Position numbers and translations under genes: made by a program. This document shows positions 10,298 through 19,428 of a DNA stretch of 64,000 bases, piece by piece (the stretch's first letter is position 1; every line of letters starts with the position of its first letter). The stretch covers positions 50,179 to 114,178 of the forward strand of contig JAIOZL010000003.1 in NCBI GenBank assembly GCA_021740645.1. The letters run 5' to 3'. The DNA is from Bacteroidales bacterium (GTDB lineage Bacteria; Bacteroidota; Bacteroidia; Bacteroidales; JAADJA01). Under the pieces are notes generated by a model. It worked only from the letters and a program-made list of their open reading frames with translations. It did no database searches and was not told the DNA's origin.

Positions 10298-11845
10298 ATG
10301 TTCACTCAAAAAGATTTGGATCAGTTTAAATCCAAAGGAATATCCATTCCAGTTATTGAAAATCAAATAGAAAATTTTAAAAAAGGATTTCCATTCTCCA
10401 GGCTCGTAAAACCTGCTACCATTAATGATGGGATAAATAATTTTAATAAGCAGGAAGTGGATAAACTGGTCGAACTGTTTAATCAAAAAACCAGAGAATA
10501 CTCCATAGTAAAGTTTGTGCCCGCATCAGGTGCAGCGAGCCGAATGTTTAAAGCCCTTTATACTTTTCTGGAAGAGGCAAACGAAAACAATCAGCAGGAA
10601 ATAGTACAGGCAGATACCGGTTTTAACTCTGTATTTAATTATGCTAAAAGGATTAAAAACTTTGCTTTCTTTAATGAGCTTAATAATGTATTAAATAAAC
10701 ATAGCCTGAACGTTGACGACCTACTGGCCGATCAAAATATTATCCCCCTGGTTTCTTTTCTTGTGGAAGATAAAGGCCTGGGCTATGGTAACTTGCCAAA
10801 AGGCTTATTGTTATTTCATCAATATGGGGAAAATAGCAGGCTTGCCCTGGAAGAACATTTAGTTGAATCTGCAGAATATGCGCTCGATTCAAATAAAGTT
10901 GCGAGTGTACATTTTACCGTTTCACCTGAACATATGCAAAAATTCAAAGAGGCATTGAAAAGGGTGCTCCCTGGCTATGAATCAAAATATAAAATCAAAT
11001 ATAAAGTTGAATTTTCCATTCAAAAGCCATCTACTGATACAATAGCAGTGGATATGGATAACAATCCTTTCAGGGAAAACGGCTCAATTCTTTTCAGACC
11101 GGCCGGACATGGAGCTTTAATTGAAAACCTCAATGACCTGGTATACGATATTGTATTTATTAAAAATATCGATAACATTGTTCCTGACAGGCTAAAACCG
11201 GAAACCATCCGATATAAAAAGGTAATTGGTGGATTGTTAATGGAGCTGCAGAAGGAGGACTTTTTCTGGCTTAAAAAAATTAGTTCCGGTAAACTAACGG
11301 AAACTGACCTTTCAAAATTAGAAGACTTCGCTGTAAAACGTTTGAATATCAAATTGCCTGAAGTTTATATAAATTTATCATTCCAGGCTAAAACAGAATT
11401 TCTTTATAAAAACCTGAACAGGCCTATCCGTATTTGTGGCATGGTAAAAAATGAGGGCGAACCAGGTGGAGGCCCTTTCTGGGTAAAAAACAGCAAAGAC
11501 GAGATCTCGCTTCAAATTGTGGAATCATCCCAGATCAATATGGAGGCACCCGACCAGGTAGAAATCCTGAACAATGCTTCACATTTTAATCCTGTTGACC
11601 TGGTATGCAGCCTTAAAGATTTTAAAGGAAATAGGTTTGACCTGCATAAATTCACAGATCCTGAAACCGGCTTTATCTCCGTTAAATCGAAAAGTGGTAA
11701 AAACCTTAAAGCGCAGGAACTTCCAGGACTTTGGAATGGGGCCCAGGCCGATTGGATCACAATTTTTGTAGAGGTCCCTCTGCTTACTTTTAATCCTGTG
11801 AAAACAGTGAATGATTTATTACGTGATCAACACCAGCCTGGCTAA
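10298..11845 (+). CDS. DUF4301 family protein
   Basis: KFVPASGAASRMFK, LPKGLL, FRPAGHGAL, IKNIDN, GEPGGGP, ELPGLWNG, FNPVKTVNDLL. Confidence 0.88.
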   Translation: MFTQKDLDQFKSKGISIPVIENQIENFKKGFPFSRLVKPATINDGINNFNKQEVDKLVELFNQKTREYSIVKFVPASGAASRMFKALYTFLEEANENNQQEIVQADTGFNSVFNYAKRIKNFAFFNELNNVLNKHSLNVDDLLADQNIIPLVSFLVEDKGLGYGNLPKGLLLFHQYGENSRLALEEHLVESAEYALDSNKVASVHFTVSPEHMQKFKEALKRVLPGYESKYKIKYKVEFSIQKPSTDTIAVDMDNNPFRENGSILFRPAGHGALIENLNDLVYDIVFIKNIDNIVPDRLKPETIRYKKVIGGLLMELQKEDFFWLKKISSGKLTETDLSKLEDFAVKRLNIKLPEVYINLSFQAKTEFLYKNLNRPIRICGMVKNEGEPGGGPFWVKNSKDEISLQIVESSQINMEAPDQVEILNNASHFNPVDLVCSLKDFKGNRFDLHKFTDPETGFISVKSKSGKNLKAQELPGLWNGAQADWITIFVEVPLLTFNPVKTVNDLLRDQHQPG

Positions 11846-11902
11846 AAGTTCGAAGTTTTGGATTCAAGATTAATTTGGTAAACTTTGTATTTTTGTTTGA
11901 GG

Positions 11903-13423
11903 ATGGAATACCAAACACAACTTCTTATAGTAATGATCGCCTATATGACCCTACTTATATTATGGGGACTTTACCAGGGGCGAAAAGTAAAAACAAGTGC
12001 TGACTTTGCCATTGCAGGGCGCAACCTACCCGGATGGGTGGCTGCCTTATCAGAAAGGGCAACAGGTGAATCTTCCTGGGCATTGCTTGGTTTACCAGGT
12101 GCTGCCTATGCTACCGGTTTAATGGAAGTGTGGACCGCCATAGGTTGTGTGTCAGGGATTATTTTTGCATGGATATTCCTGGCCTGGCGGTTACGTGATG
12201 AAGCCGCTAAATATAAGGCCGATACCTTTACTGATTACATCGCTCAAAAACATGGTGACGCTGGAAAATGGATACGCATTTTTGGAAGTTTAACCATCGT
12301 TTTCTTTTTCTTCTTCTATGTGGGTGCCCAAATTATCGGGGGTGGAAAAACCCTGGAAAATATTTTTGGTATCGACAGGATATGGGGTATGTTCCTGGTT
12401 GTTTTGTTTGTAGTTCCTTATACCATTTATGGAGGATTCAGAAGTGTAACCTATACGGATGTTGTTCAGGCCGTCATCATGATCATTACCCTTATTGTAG
12501 CTCCCATTGCAGGCATCATCTATATTTCAGGCCAACCCGAAAGTAGTCTTTATGCCTCATCCATTTCGCAAGCTTTATTTAAGGCAGGTGATAGTTACAG
12601 TACCTTTGCAGGAGGTGCTAACCTGGTGCAAGGTTCACGTTTAGAGATTTTTCTATCGGGTATATTTCCAGACTCAATAAACCTAATAAATGGTTTGGGA
12701 GCGGGTATCATTATTGCCGGAGCTTTCTCATGGTTTTTTGGATACCTCGGAGGACAACCTCAGTTAAGCATGCGGTTTATGGCGATTAAAAATTCACAGC
12801 AGGCAAGGCAGGCGAGAAACATTGGTGTAGCATGGACCATTATTGCCTACATCGGGGCGTTAATGATTGGATGGATCGGTATTGCTATGTTCGGCCCTGA
12901 CGGATTAAGGGACCAGGAAACTGTGATGCCGGAGGTTTTAACTACGCTTTTTCACCCTGTGATGGCAGGAATATTAATAACCGGAGTGCTGGCAGCTGTT
13001 ATTTCCACAGCAAATTCTTTGCTAATATTATCCGCTACAGAACTATCAGAAAATCTTATTAAACCCCTTCGGGATACTTCAGCAAAGAATGCTCTTTTAC
13101 AATCGCGTTTGGTCACTGCCATTCTTTCACTTATAGCATTAATGTTAGCTTACTTTATAAAAGATGACCTAATATACACGGTGGTAGGTTATGTATGGGC
13201 AGGGATCGGGGGTACTTTTTCAGTGGTGATATTGCTTTCACTTTTCTGGAAACGCTTCCATGGAAAAGCGGCTTTACTTACGATTATTTCCGGCTTAGTT
13301 TTTACAATCATATGGATCAGTACCGGACTGGATGAGATCATTACCTCCAGATTTATGACTTTTTTAGTGGCAATGGTGGTGGCTGTTGGTGGCACATATT
13401 TTTTACCCGGGCAGAAGAAATAA
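11903..13423 (+). CDS. putP: Sodium/proline symporter (SSS family)
   Basis: ALSERATGESSWALLGLPG, GGFRSVTYTD, GYLGGQPQ..RFMAI, AAVISTA; start moved to ATG 11903 because TATTTTTG (11888-11895) lies just downstream of the track's TTG. Confidence 0.85.
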   Translation: MEYQTQLLIVMIAYMTLLILWGLYQGRKVKTSADFAIAGRNLPGWVAALSERATGESSWALLGLPGAAYATGLMEVWTAIGCVSGIIFAWIFLAWRLRDEAAKYKADTFTDYIAQKHGDAGKWIRIFGSLTIVFFFFFYVGAQIIGGGKTLENIFGIDRIWGMFLVVLFVVPYTIYGGFRSVTYTDVVQAVIMIITLIVAPIAGIIYISGQPESSLYASSISQALFKAGDSYSTFAGGANLVQGSRLEIFLSGIFPDSINLINGLGAGIIIAGAFSWFFGYLGGQPQLSMRFMAIKNSQQARQARNIGVAWTIIAYIGALMIGWIGIAMFGPDGLRDQETVMPEVLTTLFHPVMAGILITGVLAAVISTANSLLILSATELSENLIKPLRDTSAKNALLQSRLVTAILSLIALMLAYFIKDDLIYTVVGYVWAGIGGTFSVVILLSLFWKRFHGKAALLTIISGLVFTIIWISTGLDEIITSRFMTFLVAMVVAVGGTYFLPGQKK

Positions 13424-13612
13424 AACATTTAAAATCATCAGTCATACAATAGGATACGGGGGTTTAATTGAAATAAACTAAACAATTCCTTTCTCATGTA
13501 AAAAAAAGTTTAGATATTTGCACCCCTTTTTAAGGGGGAATTGTTTATATTCTGGATAATTCAGAATCGTAAGTATTTCAAATTCAATATTCAATTTATA
13601 AAATTTTAAAGT

Positions 13613-14392
13613 ATGCCAACAAAGATTAGATTGCAAAGACAGGGTAAAAAAGGTCAGGCCTTTTACCACATTGTTATTGCGGATGGTCGTGCACCACGTG
13701 ACGGGAGATACATTGAAAGAATTGGCACATACAATCCGTTAACCAAACCAGCTGATATTAAGCTGGATTTCGACAGGGCTTTATATTGGCTTCAGGCAGG
13801 CGCGCAGCCCACTGATACCATGCGGTCCATTTTATCTTACAAAGGTGTGATGTACAAAAACCACCTTTCAGTAGGTGTAAAAAAAGGAGCGCTAACCGAA
13901 GAACAAGCTGAAGCAAAATTTGCCTCCTGGCTGAAAGACAAGGAAGATAAAATAGAAGGAAAAGTGAAGGAGCTGGCTTCAGAAGAAAGGAATGAAGCCA
14001 AGAAACGCCTGGATGCTGAAAAAGAAGTAAACGAGGCAAGAGCGAAGGAAATCGCTGCCAGAAAAGCTGAGATTTTAAAAGCTGAAGAGGCGAAAAAAAT
14101 TGCTGCTGCAAAAGCAGAATTAGGAGAGGAAGCAGTAGCTGAGCCTCCAGTAGAAGAAACTACCCCTGTGGAAACAAAAACGGAAGATGCAGTTGCAGAA
14201 GAAGCAGTAGTAGAAGAAAAAACAGAGGAAACTCCTGCTGAGGAAGTGAAAGAAGAAGCTGCTGAAGAAGTTAAGGCTGAAGAAAAAACAGAAGAAGCGC
14301 CCGAAGTAAAAGCTGAAGAACCAAAAGAGGAAGCACAGGAAGAGGAACCGAAAGAGGAAGAAAGCAAAGAAGAAGAAAAAAAAGCTGAATAA
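13613..14392 (+). CDS. rpsP: 30S ribosomal protein S16 with acidic C-terminal extension
   Basis: [35 protein letters not shown]; upstream of rimM. Confidence 0.97.
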   Translation: MPTKIRLQRQGKKGQAFYHIVIADGRAPRDGRYIERIGTYNPLTKPADIKLDFDRALYWLQAGAQPTDTMRSILSYKGVMYKNHLSVGVKKGALTEEQAEAKFASWLKDKEDKIEGKVKELASEERNEAKKRLDAEKEVNEARAKEIAARKAEILKAEEAKKIAAAKAELGEEAVAEPPVEETTPVETKTEDAVAEEAVVEEKTEETPAEEVKEEAAEEVKAEEKTEEAPEVKAEEPKEEAQEEEPKEEESKEEEKKAE

Positions 14393-14404
14393 TTTAAGTT
14401 CAGC

Positions 14405-14932
14405 GTGATGGATAAAAAAGACTTTTATTATCTCGGAAAAATTGTAAAGACATCAGGTTTCAAGGGAAGCCTGGTGTTTTTTTTTGATGTGGATGAAATT
14501 GAATATTATCGCAATCTGGAGGCGGTATTTATTGAAATAGGATCGGAACTGATCCCTTTTGCCATTCGTAGTCTAAATATCAAATCCGGGAAAACTGCTT
14601 ACGTTACCCTGGAAGAGGTAAACAACGAAGAACAGGCTATTGCTTTAGTCAACCAAAATGCCTACTTACCTGTTTCATTCTTACCAGAGCTTAGCGGGAA
14701 TAAGTTTTACTTCCATGAAGTCATTGGCTTCATAGTTATCGACGAAAAACATGGATTGATAGGTGAAATAGAAAAAGTTTACGATCATGGGCCTCAGGCT
14801 CTTTTAAGTGTTAAAGGAGATAAAAACGAAATATTAATACCTGTTGCGGATGAGATCATTAAAAAAGTAAACCGTCACCAACGGCAAGTTATAATCCTTT
14901 TACCAGAAGGTTTACTGGATATTTACCTTTAA
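14405..14932 (+). CDS. rimM: Ribosome maturation factor RimM
   Basis: LGKIVKTSGFKG, FYFHEVIG, ILIP, LPEGLL; follows rpsP; start may be ATG 14408. Confidence 0.95.
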   Translation: MMDKKDFYYLGKIVKTSGFKGSLVFFFDVDEIEYYRNLEAVFIEIGSELIPFAIRSLNIKSGKTAYVTLEEVNNEEQAIALVNQNAYLPVSFLPELSGNKFYFHEVIGFIVIDEKHGLIGEIEKVYDHGPQALLSVKGDKNEILIPVADEIIKKVNRHQRQVIILLPEGLLDIYL

Positions 14933-14941
14933 CAATAAATC

Positions 14942-15652
14942 TTGAGAAAACCATTTCAATTCAAGGAATTCAGCATTGCTGACGACAAATGTGCTATGCC
15001 CTTAAGCACTGATGCCGTATTATTGGGCGCCTGGGCATCCACTCCTAAAAGCGGGGCTATACTGGATATTGGAACAGGTTGTGGAATTATTGCTCTTATG
15101 CTGGCACAAAGGTCAGAATTAAAAATTGATGCCATCGATATTCATCAGGCTTCCGCAATACAGGCTGCCACAAACTTCGAAAATAGTCCGTGGCCGGAGC
15201 AGTTGTCGGCCTTCCACTCAGATATTACCAGTTTCGCTTTTTCAGTCAAATACCCTTATGAGCTTATTGTTTGCAACCCTCCATTTTATACAAACAGCCT
15301 GAAATCGGGCTCCGATTTAAAAAATCTTTCAAAACACGATGGACACCTCAACTTTAAAATGTTAGTGACTTCAGTTGACAAACTCCTCTCACTAAAAGGG
15401 AAATTTTGTATAATTATTTCCGCAGAAAGTTTTGGTGAATTTGTTCGGGAAGCCTCAATTTCTGATCTTTCATTAATACGAAAAACAATCATTTACCCAA
15501 AATCCTGCAAAGATGCCAACCGGGTATTAGCCGAATTTTCCAGAGAAAAATTATCAACTCCTATGGAATCGTCATTATGTATCAGAAACATTGATAATAG
15601 CTTTACCTCTGAATATATAACCCTAACTAAAAGTTATTACCTAAACTTTTAA
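14942..15652 (+). CDS. tRNA1(Val) adenine(37)-N6 methyltransferase (YfiC/TrmN6-like)
   Basis: FQFKEF..TDAVLLGAW, ILDIGTGCG, CNPPFY. Confidence 0.88.
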   Translation: MRKPFQFKEFSIADDKCAMPLSTDAVLLGAWASTPKSGAILDIGTGCGIIALMLAQRSELKIDAIDIHQASAIQAATNFENSPWPEQLSAFHSDITSFAFSVKYPYELIVCNPPFYTNSLKSGSDLKNLSKHDGHLNFKMLVTSVDKLLSLKGKFCIIISAESFGEFVREASISDLSLIRKTIIYPKSCKDANRVLAEFSREKLSTPMESSLCIRNIDNSFTSEYITLTKSYYLNF

Positions 15653-15694
15653 GTTGGAACTATTCTTGTATTAAAAAAGCGCAAAACATGCGCA

Positions 15695-16042
15695 ATGAAA
15701 TCAACCATTGTTTCAATTTCTCTATTTCTCTTAATGAGTATTTTTACTCACAGTATCCTGGCTCAGAAAATTTATTCCTGTGAAAATAAATATGATGCTG
15801 ACGTCAAAATATTTGTAACTGAAAACAAATACGATGCAGACCTTTTGGTTTATAAAGTCGAAAATAAGTACGATGCTACCGGGAATAAAGGCTTATGGTA
15901 TTTTGTAGAAAATAAATACGAAGCAGACAAAAAGGTATTTTTCGTAGAAAATAAATATGATGCTGATTTAATCATCTATTTCGACGAAAATAAGTACAAT
16001 GCTAAATGGCAAAATAATAGCAAATTATATTTATTGTATTGA
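15695..16042 (+). CDS. Small secreted ENKY-repeat protein (DUF6150-like)
   Basis: Signal peptide followed by six ENKY[DEN]A units. Confidence 0.8.
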   Translation: MKSTIVSISLFLLMSIFTHSILAQKIYSCENKYDADVKIFVTENKYDADLLVYKVENKYDATGNKGLWYFVENKYEADKKVFFVENKYDADLIIYFDENKYNAKWQNNSKLYLLY

Positions 16043-16185
16043 TATAATCCAGTATTTCTAGCTTTTTCTTATGACCTATCCGTTGTAAAAGATAGAGTAT
16101 CCCTTCATTTTAGAACATATTCAATAATCTTAATACCAATTATTTTTTTATTATCTTCGTTGCCATACTAATAAAATCAAACTTT

Positions 16186-17406
16186 ATGAGAAAATTATTA
16201 TCAATTTCACTTCTACTGTTATTTGCTTCAAGCCAGATAATAGCAGGAGGTTACCAGGTTAGGCTACAAGGCCAAAAGCAAACCGGGATAGGGCTTATTG
16301 GTACTCCGTTCGCTTATGGAGCTAGTAGTATCTTTTTTAATCCCGGATCCCTCTCATTTATGAAAGACACCTACAGTTTTTCTGCAGGAGTAAGTCCCAT
16401 TTTTTCAAATGCACTTTATCGGGCACAGGGCTCAGATTATGAAGCCATGACAGATAACCCGACAGGCACACCTTTTTATTTTTATGGTGCAGGAAAAGTT
16501 ACTGAGAAAATGACAGTTGGAGTTGGGGTTTATACCCCTTTTGGTAGTTCCGTTAAGTGGGATAAGGGATGGACAGGGAAATACCTCATCCAGGAGATTG
16601 CCCTTCAAACCATTTTCTTCCAGCCTACTGTTTCTTATAAATTAAACGACAAAGTTGGGATTGGTGCAGGCTTATGCGTTGCAACGGGAAGTGTGGATTT
16701 AACCAGGGCTGTTCCTGCTCCGGTAAATGGCACCTTTAACATGAACGGAAACACCACTGCTTATGGATTTAATGCAGGATTATACCTTACACCAACCGAA
16801 AAACTCAAGATTGGTATAGATTATAGAAGCAATATGACCATGAGCATCGAAAATGGAGATACAAAATTTACTGAAATTCCGGTGGCTTTAGTCGACAACT
16901 TTCCTGCCTCAGGAAACTTCAATGCTGAATTACCATTACCTGCAAATCTGGATGTTGGGATAGCTTATGATGTTACGGATAAACTTACACTGGCTGCAGA
17001 AATGAATTATGTATTCTGGTCGGTTTACGACTCCCTTGTTATCGACTTTGTTGAAAACACTGACCTTTTGACCGATTCACGTAATCCACGTGAATACACT
17101 AATTCAATGATTTTAAGATTTGGCGGTGAATATCGTATTTCGGATAAGATCCATGCTCGTGCAGGAATTTATTATGATCCGGCTCCCACAAGTGAAGACT
17201 ATTTTACACCTGAAACTGTTAGCCTGAACACCCTGGCATTTACTGTAGGGCTGTCAATAATGCCGATTAAAGGATTAAGCATTGATTTATCATACCTTCA
17301 GTTGAACGGTATGGAAGATGAAAGAATGTATAAGCCGGATAATTTTGGGGGTACTTATATGACCCGCACATTTGTTCCCGGATTTGGTGTAAGTTATAGT
17401 TTCTAA
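16186..17406 (+). CDS. OmpP1/FadL long-chain fatty acid transport outer-membrane protein
   Basis: Signal peptide, GGYQV..Q, FFNPG hatch motif, YTPFG, C-terminal YSF. Confidence 0.9.
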   Translation: MRKLLSISLLLLFASSQIIAGGYQVRLQGQKQTGIGLIGTPFAYGASSIFFNPGSLSFMKDTYSFSAGVSPIFSNALYRAQGSDYEAMTDNPTGTPFYFYGAGKVTEKMTVGVGVYTPFGSSVKWDKGWTGKYLIQEIALQTIFFQPTVSYKLNDKVGIGAGLCVATGSVDLTRAVPAPVNGTFNMNGNTTAYGFNAGLYLTPTEKLKIGIDYRSNMTMSIENGDTKFTEIPVALVDNFPASGNFNAELPLPANLDVGIAYDVTDKLTLAAEMNYVFWSVYDSLVIDFVENTDLLTDSRNPREYTNSMILRFGGEYRISDKIHARAGIYYDPAPTSEDYFTPETVSLNTLAFTVGLSIMPIKGLSIDLSYLQLNGMEDERMYKPDNFGGTYMTRTFVPGFGVSYSF

Positions 17407-17426
17407 TCCTCTAAAACGAAAGACGT

Positions 17427-18728
17427 ATGAAATTAAAATATATATTATTTATAGCATTAGCCGGGTTCTTCCTTTATTCTTGTGAACCCGAAATTGATTC
17501 CTTCGAATATACTAGTGGAAGTGCTGATTTTAGTACTTATGTGGCACTTGGAAATTCTCTTACGGCTGGTTATGCGGATGGCTCATTATACCGCGAATCA
17601 CAATTAAATTCATATCCTTCAATGATTGCCAAACAACTCAAGAATTTTGGGTTGAATGCCTTCGAGCAACCATTGATGGAAGGTGAATACGGGATACTCC
17701 CCGGAAAAAGGGTTTTAGGTTTTTCAATGGATTGTTTAGGAACTACTTCTTTGGGCCCTGTTTTAGCCGAAGGAACCCCTGAACCAATTTTACCAATTGG
17801 GAAAGTTGTTCACAACCTCGGTGTACCCGGTGCAAAATCCTTTCATTTACTGGCTGAAGGTTACGGTAATCCTGCTGGTGTTCCATTAGGGCTTGCAAAT
17901 CCTTACTATGCAAGGTTTGCGACTTCGGCAAATGCCAGTGTAATTGGTGATGCTCTTGCCTTGCAACCCACTTTTTATTCGCTTTGGATAGGGAACAATG
18001 ATGTATTGGGATATGCTACTTCAGGTGGCGTAGGGGATACAATTACAAGTCCGATGATGTACGGGTTCTTTATGGATAACCTTTTGGCTGCCCTTGCATC
18101 AACAGGTGCTAAAGGTGTGGTGGCTAACATTCCTGATGTTACCAGTATACCTTTTTTCACTACCGTTCCGGCAAATGGCCTTGTGCTGACTCAACAAGCT
18201 CAGGTAGATGGGTTAAATGCAGCTTATGGGCCTTTAGGTATCACGTTTAATCTTGGTCAAAATTACTTCATTATTGCTGATGCAAACTCTCCGGTAGGAT
18301 TACGTCAGGCAGTGGCAGGAGAACTTGTTCTTCTGACATGCCCGCAGGACTCACTCAAATGTGCAGGTTGGGGAAGCCAGGTGCCAATCCCTGATCAATA
18401 TGTGCTAACAGCAACTGAGATCAACAACCTTTCTACAGCTATTGCCGGTTACAACCAAACCCTTGAAGCTCTAGCGGCAACCTATGATTTTGCTTTGGTA
18501 GATATGAACAGTTATATGAAAGACCTACAGGAAGGCCTTACTTTTGATGGGGTATCTTTTTCCACCTCATTTATTACAGGGAATGCATTTTCATTGGACG
18601 GAGTTCATTTAACCCCAATGGGATATGCTGTAATTGCCAATAAGTTTATTGAAACCATCAATAAAAAATACGGATCGAGTATCCCTTATGTTTCCGTTAC
18701 TGATTACAGGGCAAATGTATTGCCGTAA
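17427..18728 (+). CDS. SGNH/GDSL hydrolase lipoprotein
   Basis: Lipobox LYSC, GNSLTAG, GVPGAK, GNND, DGVHL. Confidence 0.9.
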   Translation: MKLKYILFIALAGFFLYSCEPEIDSFEYTSGSADFSTYVALGNSLTAGYADGSLYRESQLNSYPSMIAKQLKNFGLNAFEQPLMEGEYGILPGKRVLGFSMDCLGTTSLGPVLAEGTPEPILPIGKVVHNLGVPGAKSFHLLAEGYGNPAGVPLGLANPYYARFATSANASVIGDALALQPTFYSLWIGNNDVLGYATSGGVGDTITSPMMYGFFMDNLLAALASTGAKGVVANIPDVTSIPFFTTVPANGLVLTQQAQVDGLNAAYGPLGITFNLGQNYFIIADANSPVGLRQAVAGELVLLTCPQDSLKCAGWGSQVPIPDQYVLTATEINNLSTAIAGYNQTLEALAATYDFALVDMNSYMKDLQEGLTFDGVSFSTSFITGNAFSLDGVHLTPMGYAVIANKFIETINKKYGSSIPYVSVTDYRANVLP

Positions 18729-18754
18729 AAACCTCTGAACATTTTAAAATATTT

Positions 18755-18790
18755 AAATCCCGGAATGCAGTGATTCCGGGATTTTTTTTT
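18755..18790 (+). terminator. Intrinsic terminator
   Basis: AAATCCCGGAAT-gcagtg-ATTCCGGGATTT followed by a T run. Confidence 0.88.
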
Positions 18791-18801
18791 AGCATTGCAC
18801 C

Positions 18802-19380
18802 ATGATAGAACTAGTTTTTGCCACAAATAATAAACATAAGCTGCAAGAAATAAAAGCAGTTGTAGGAGATAAATTTAACATTCTGTCCCTGGCCGAAATA
18901 GGCTGCACAAAGGATATCCCGGAAACGGCAGATGCTCTTGAAGGAAATGCGTCCATAAAATCCAGGTATGTATTTGATAATTACGGGAAAAATTGCTTTG
19001 CTGATGATACGGGGCTTGAAATTGAAGCCCTGGATGGAAAACCAGGGGTTTATTCGGCGCGTTATGCTGGCCCGGGCCATGATCATCAGAAAAATATGGA
19101 CAAAGTTTTAAACGAACTTAGAAATCAAAATAATAGAGCGGCACAATTCAGGACTGTCATATGTTTGATTATTGATGGAAAGGAAATGTTTTTTGACGGT
19201 ATTGTTAAAGGAACAATCCTGACTGAAAAGCATGGGGACAAAGGATTTGGATATGATCCCATTTTCCAACCTGAAGGGTATGATGTATCTTTTGCTGAAA
19301 TGGATTTGGAAGCAAAGAATAAGATTAGCCATCGGGGAAGGGCCGTTCAGAAACTCATCGAATATTTAAAACTGTTATAA
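18802..19380 (+). CDS. rdgB: Non-canonical purine NTP pyrophosphatase (RdgB/HAM1)
   Basis: [36 protein letters not shown]. Confidence 0.95.
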   Translation: MIELVFATNNKHKLQEIKAVVGDKFNILSLAEIGCTKDIPETADALEGNASIKSRYVFDNYGKNCFADDTGLEIEALDGKPGVYSARYAGPGHDHQKNMDKVLNELRNQNNRAAQFRTVICLIIDGKEMFFDGIVKGTILTEKHGDKGFGYDPIFQPEGYDVSFAEMDLEAKNKISHRGRAVQKLIEYLKLL

Positions 19381-19428
19381 GCCTTTAATTCATTTAAATG
19401 ATCAGCAATATAAATCTGTAGTACTGAT

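Noticed and set aside
14080-14392. Glu/Ala/Lys low-complexity repeats and antisense ORFs 13758-14111 and 13837-14367
   Set aside because: An acidic S16 tail is common in Bacteroidota; the antisense ORFs are shadows of the biased codons.
15782-16006. Regularly spaced direct repeats resembling a mini-CRISPR
   Set aside because: Spacing is a multiple of 3, variation is mostly synonymous, the repeats lie in a signal-peptide ORF, and no cas genes are present.
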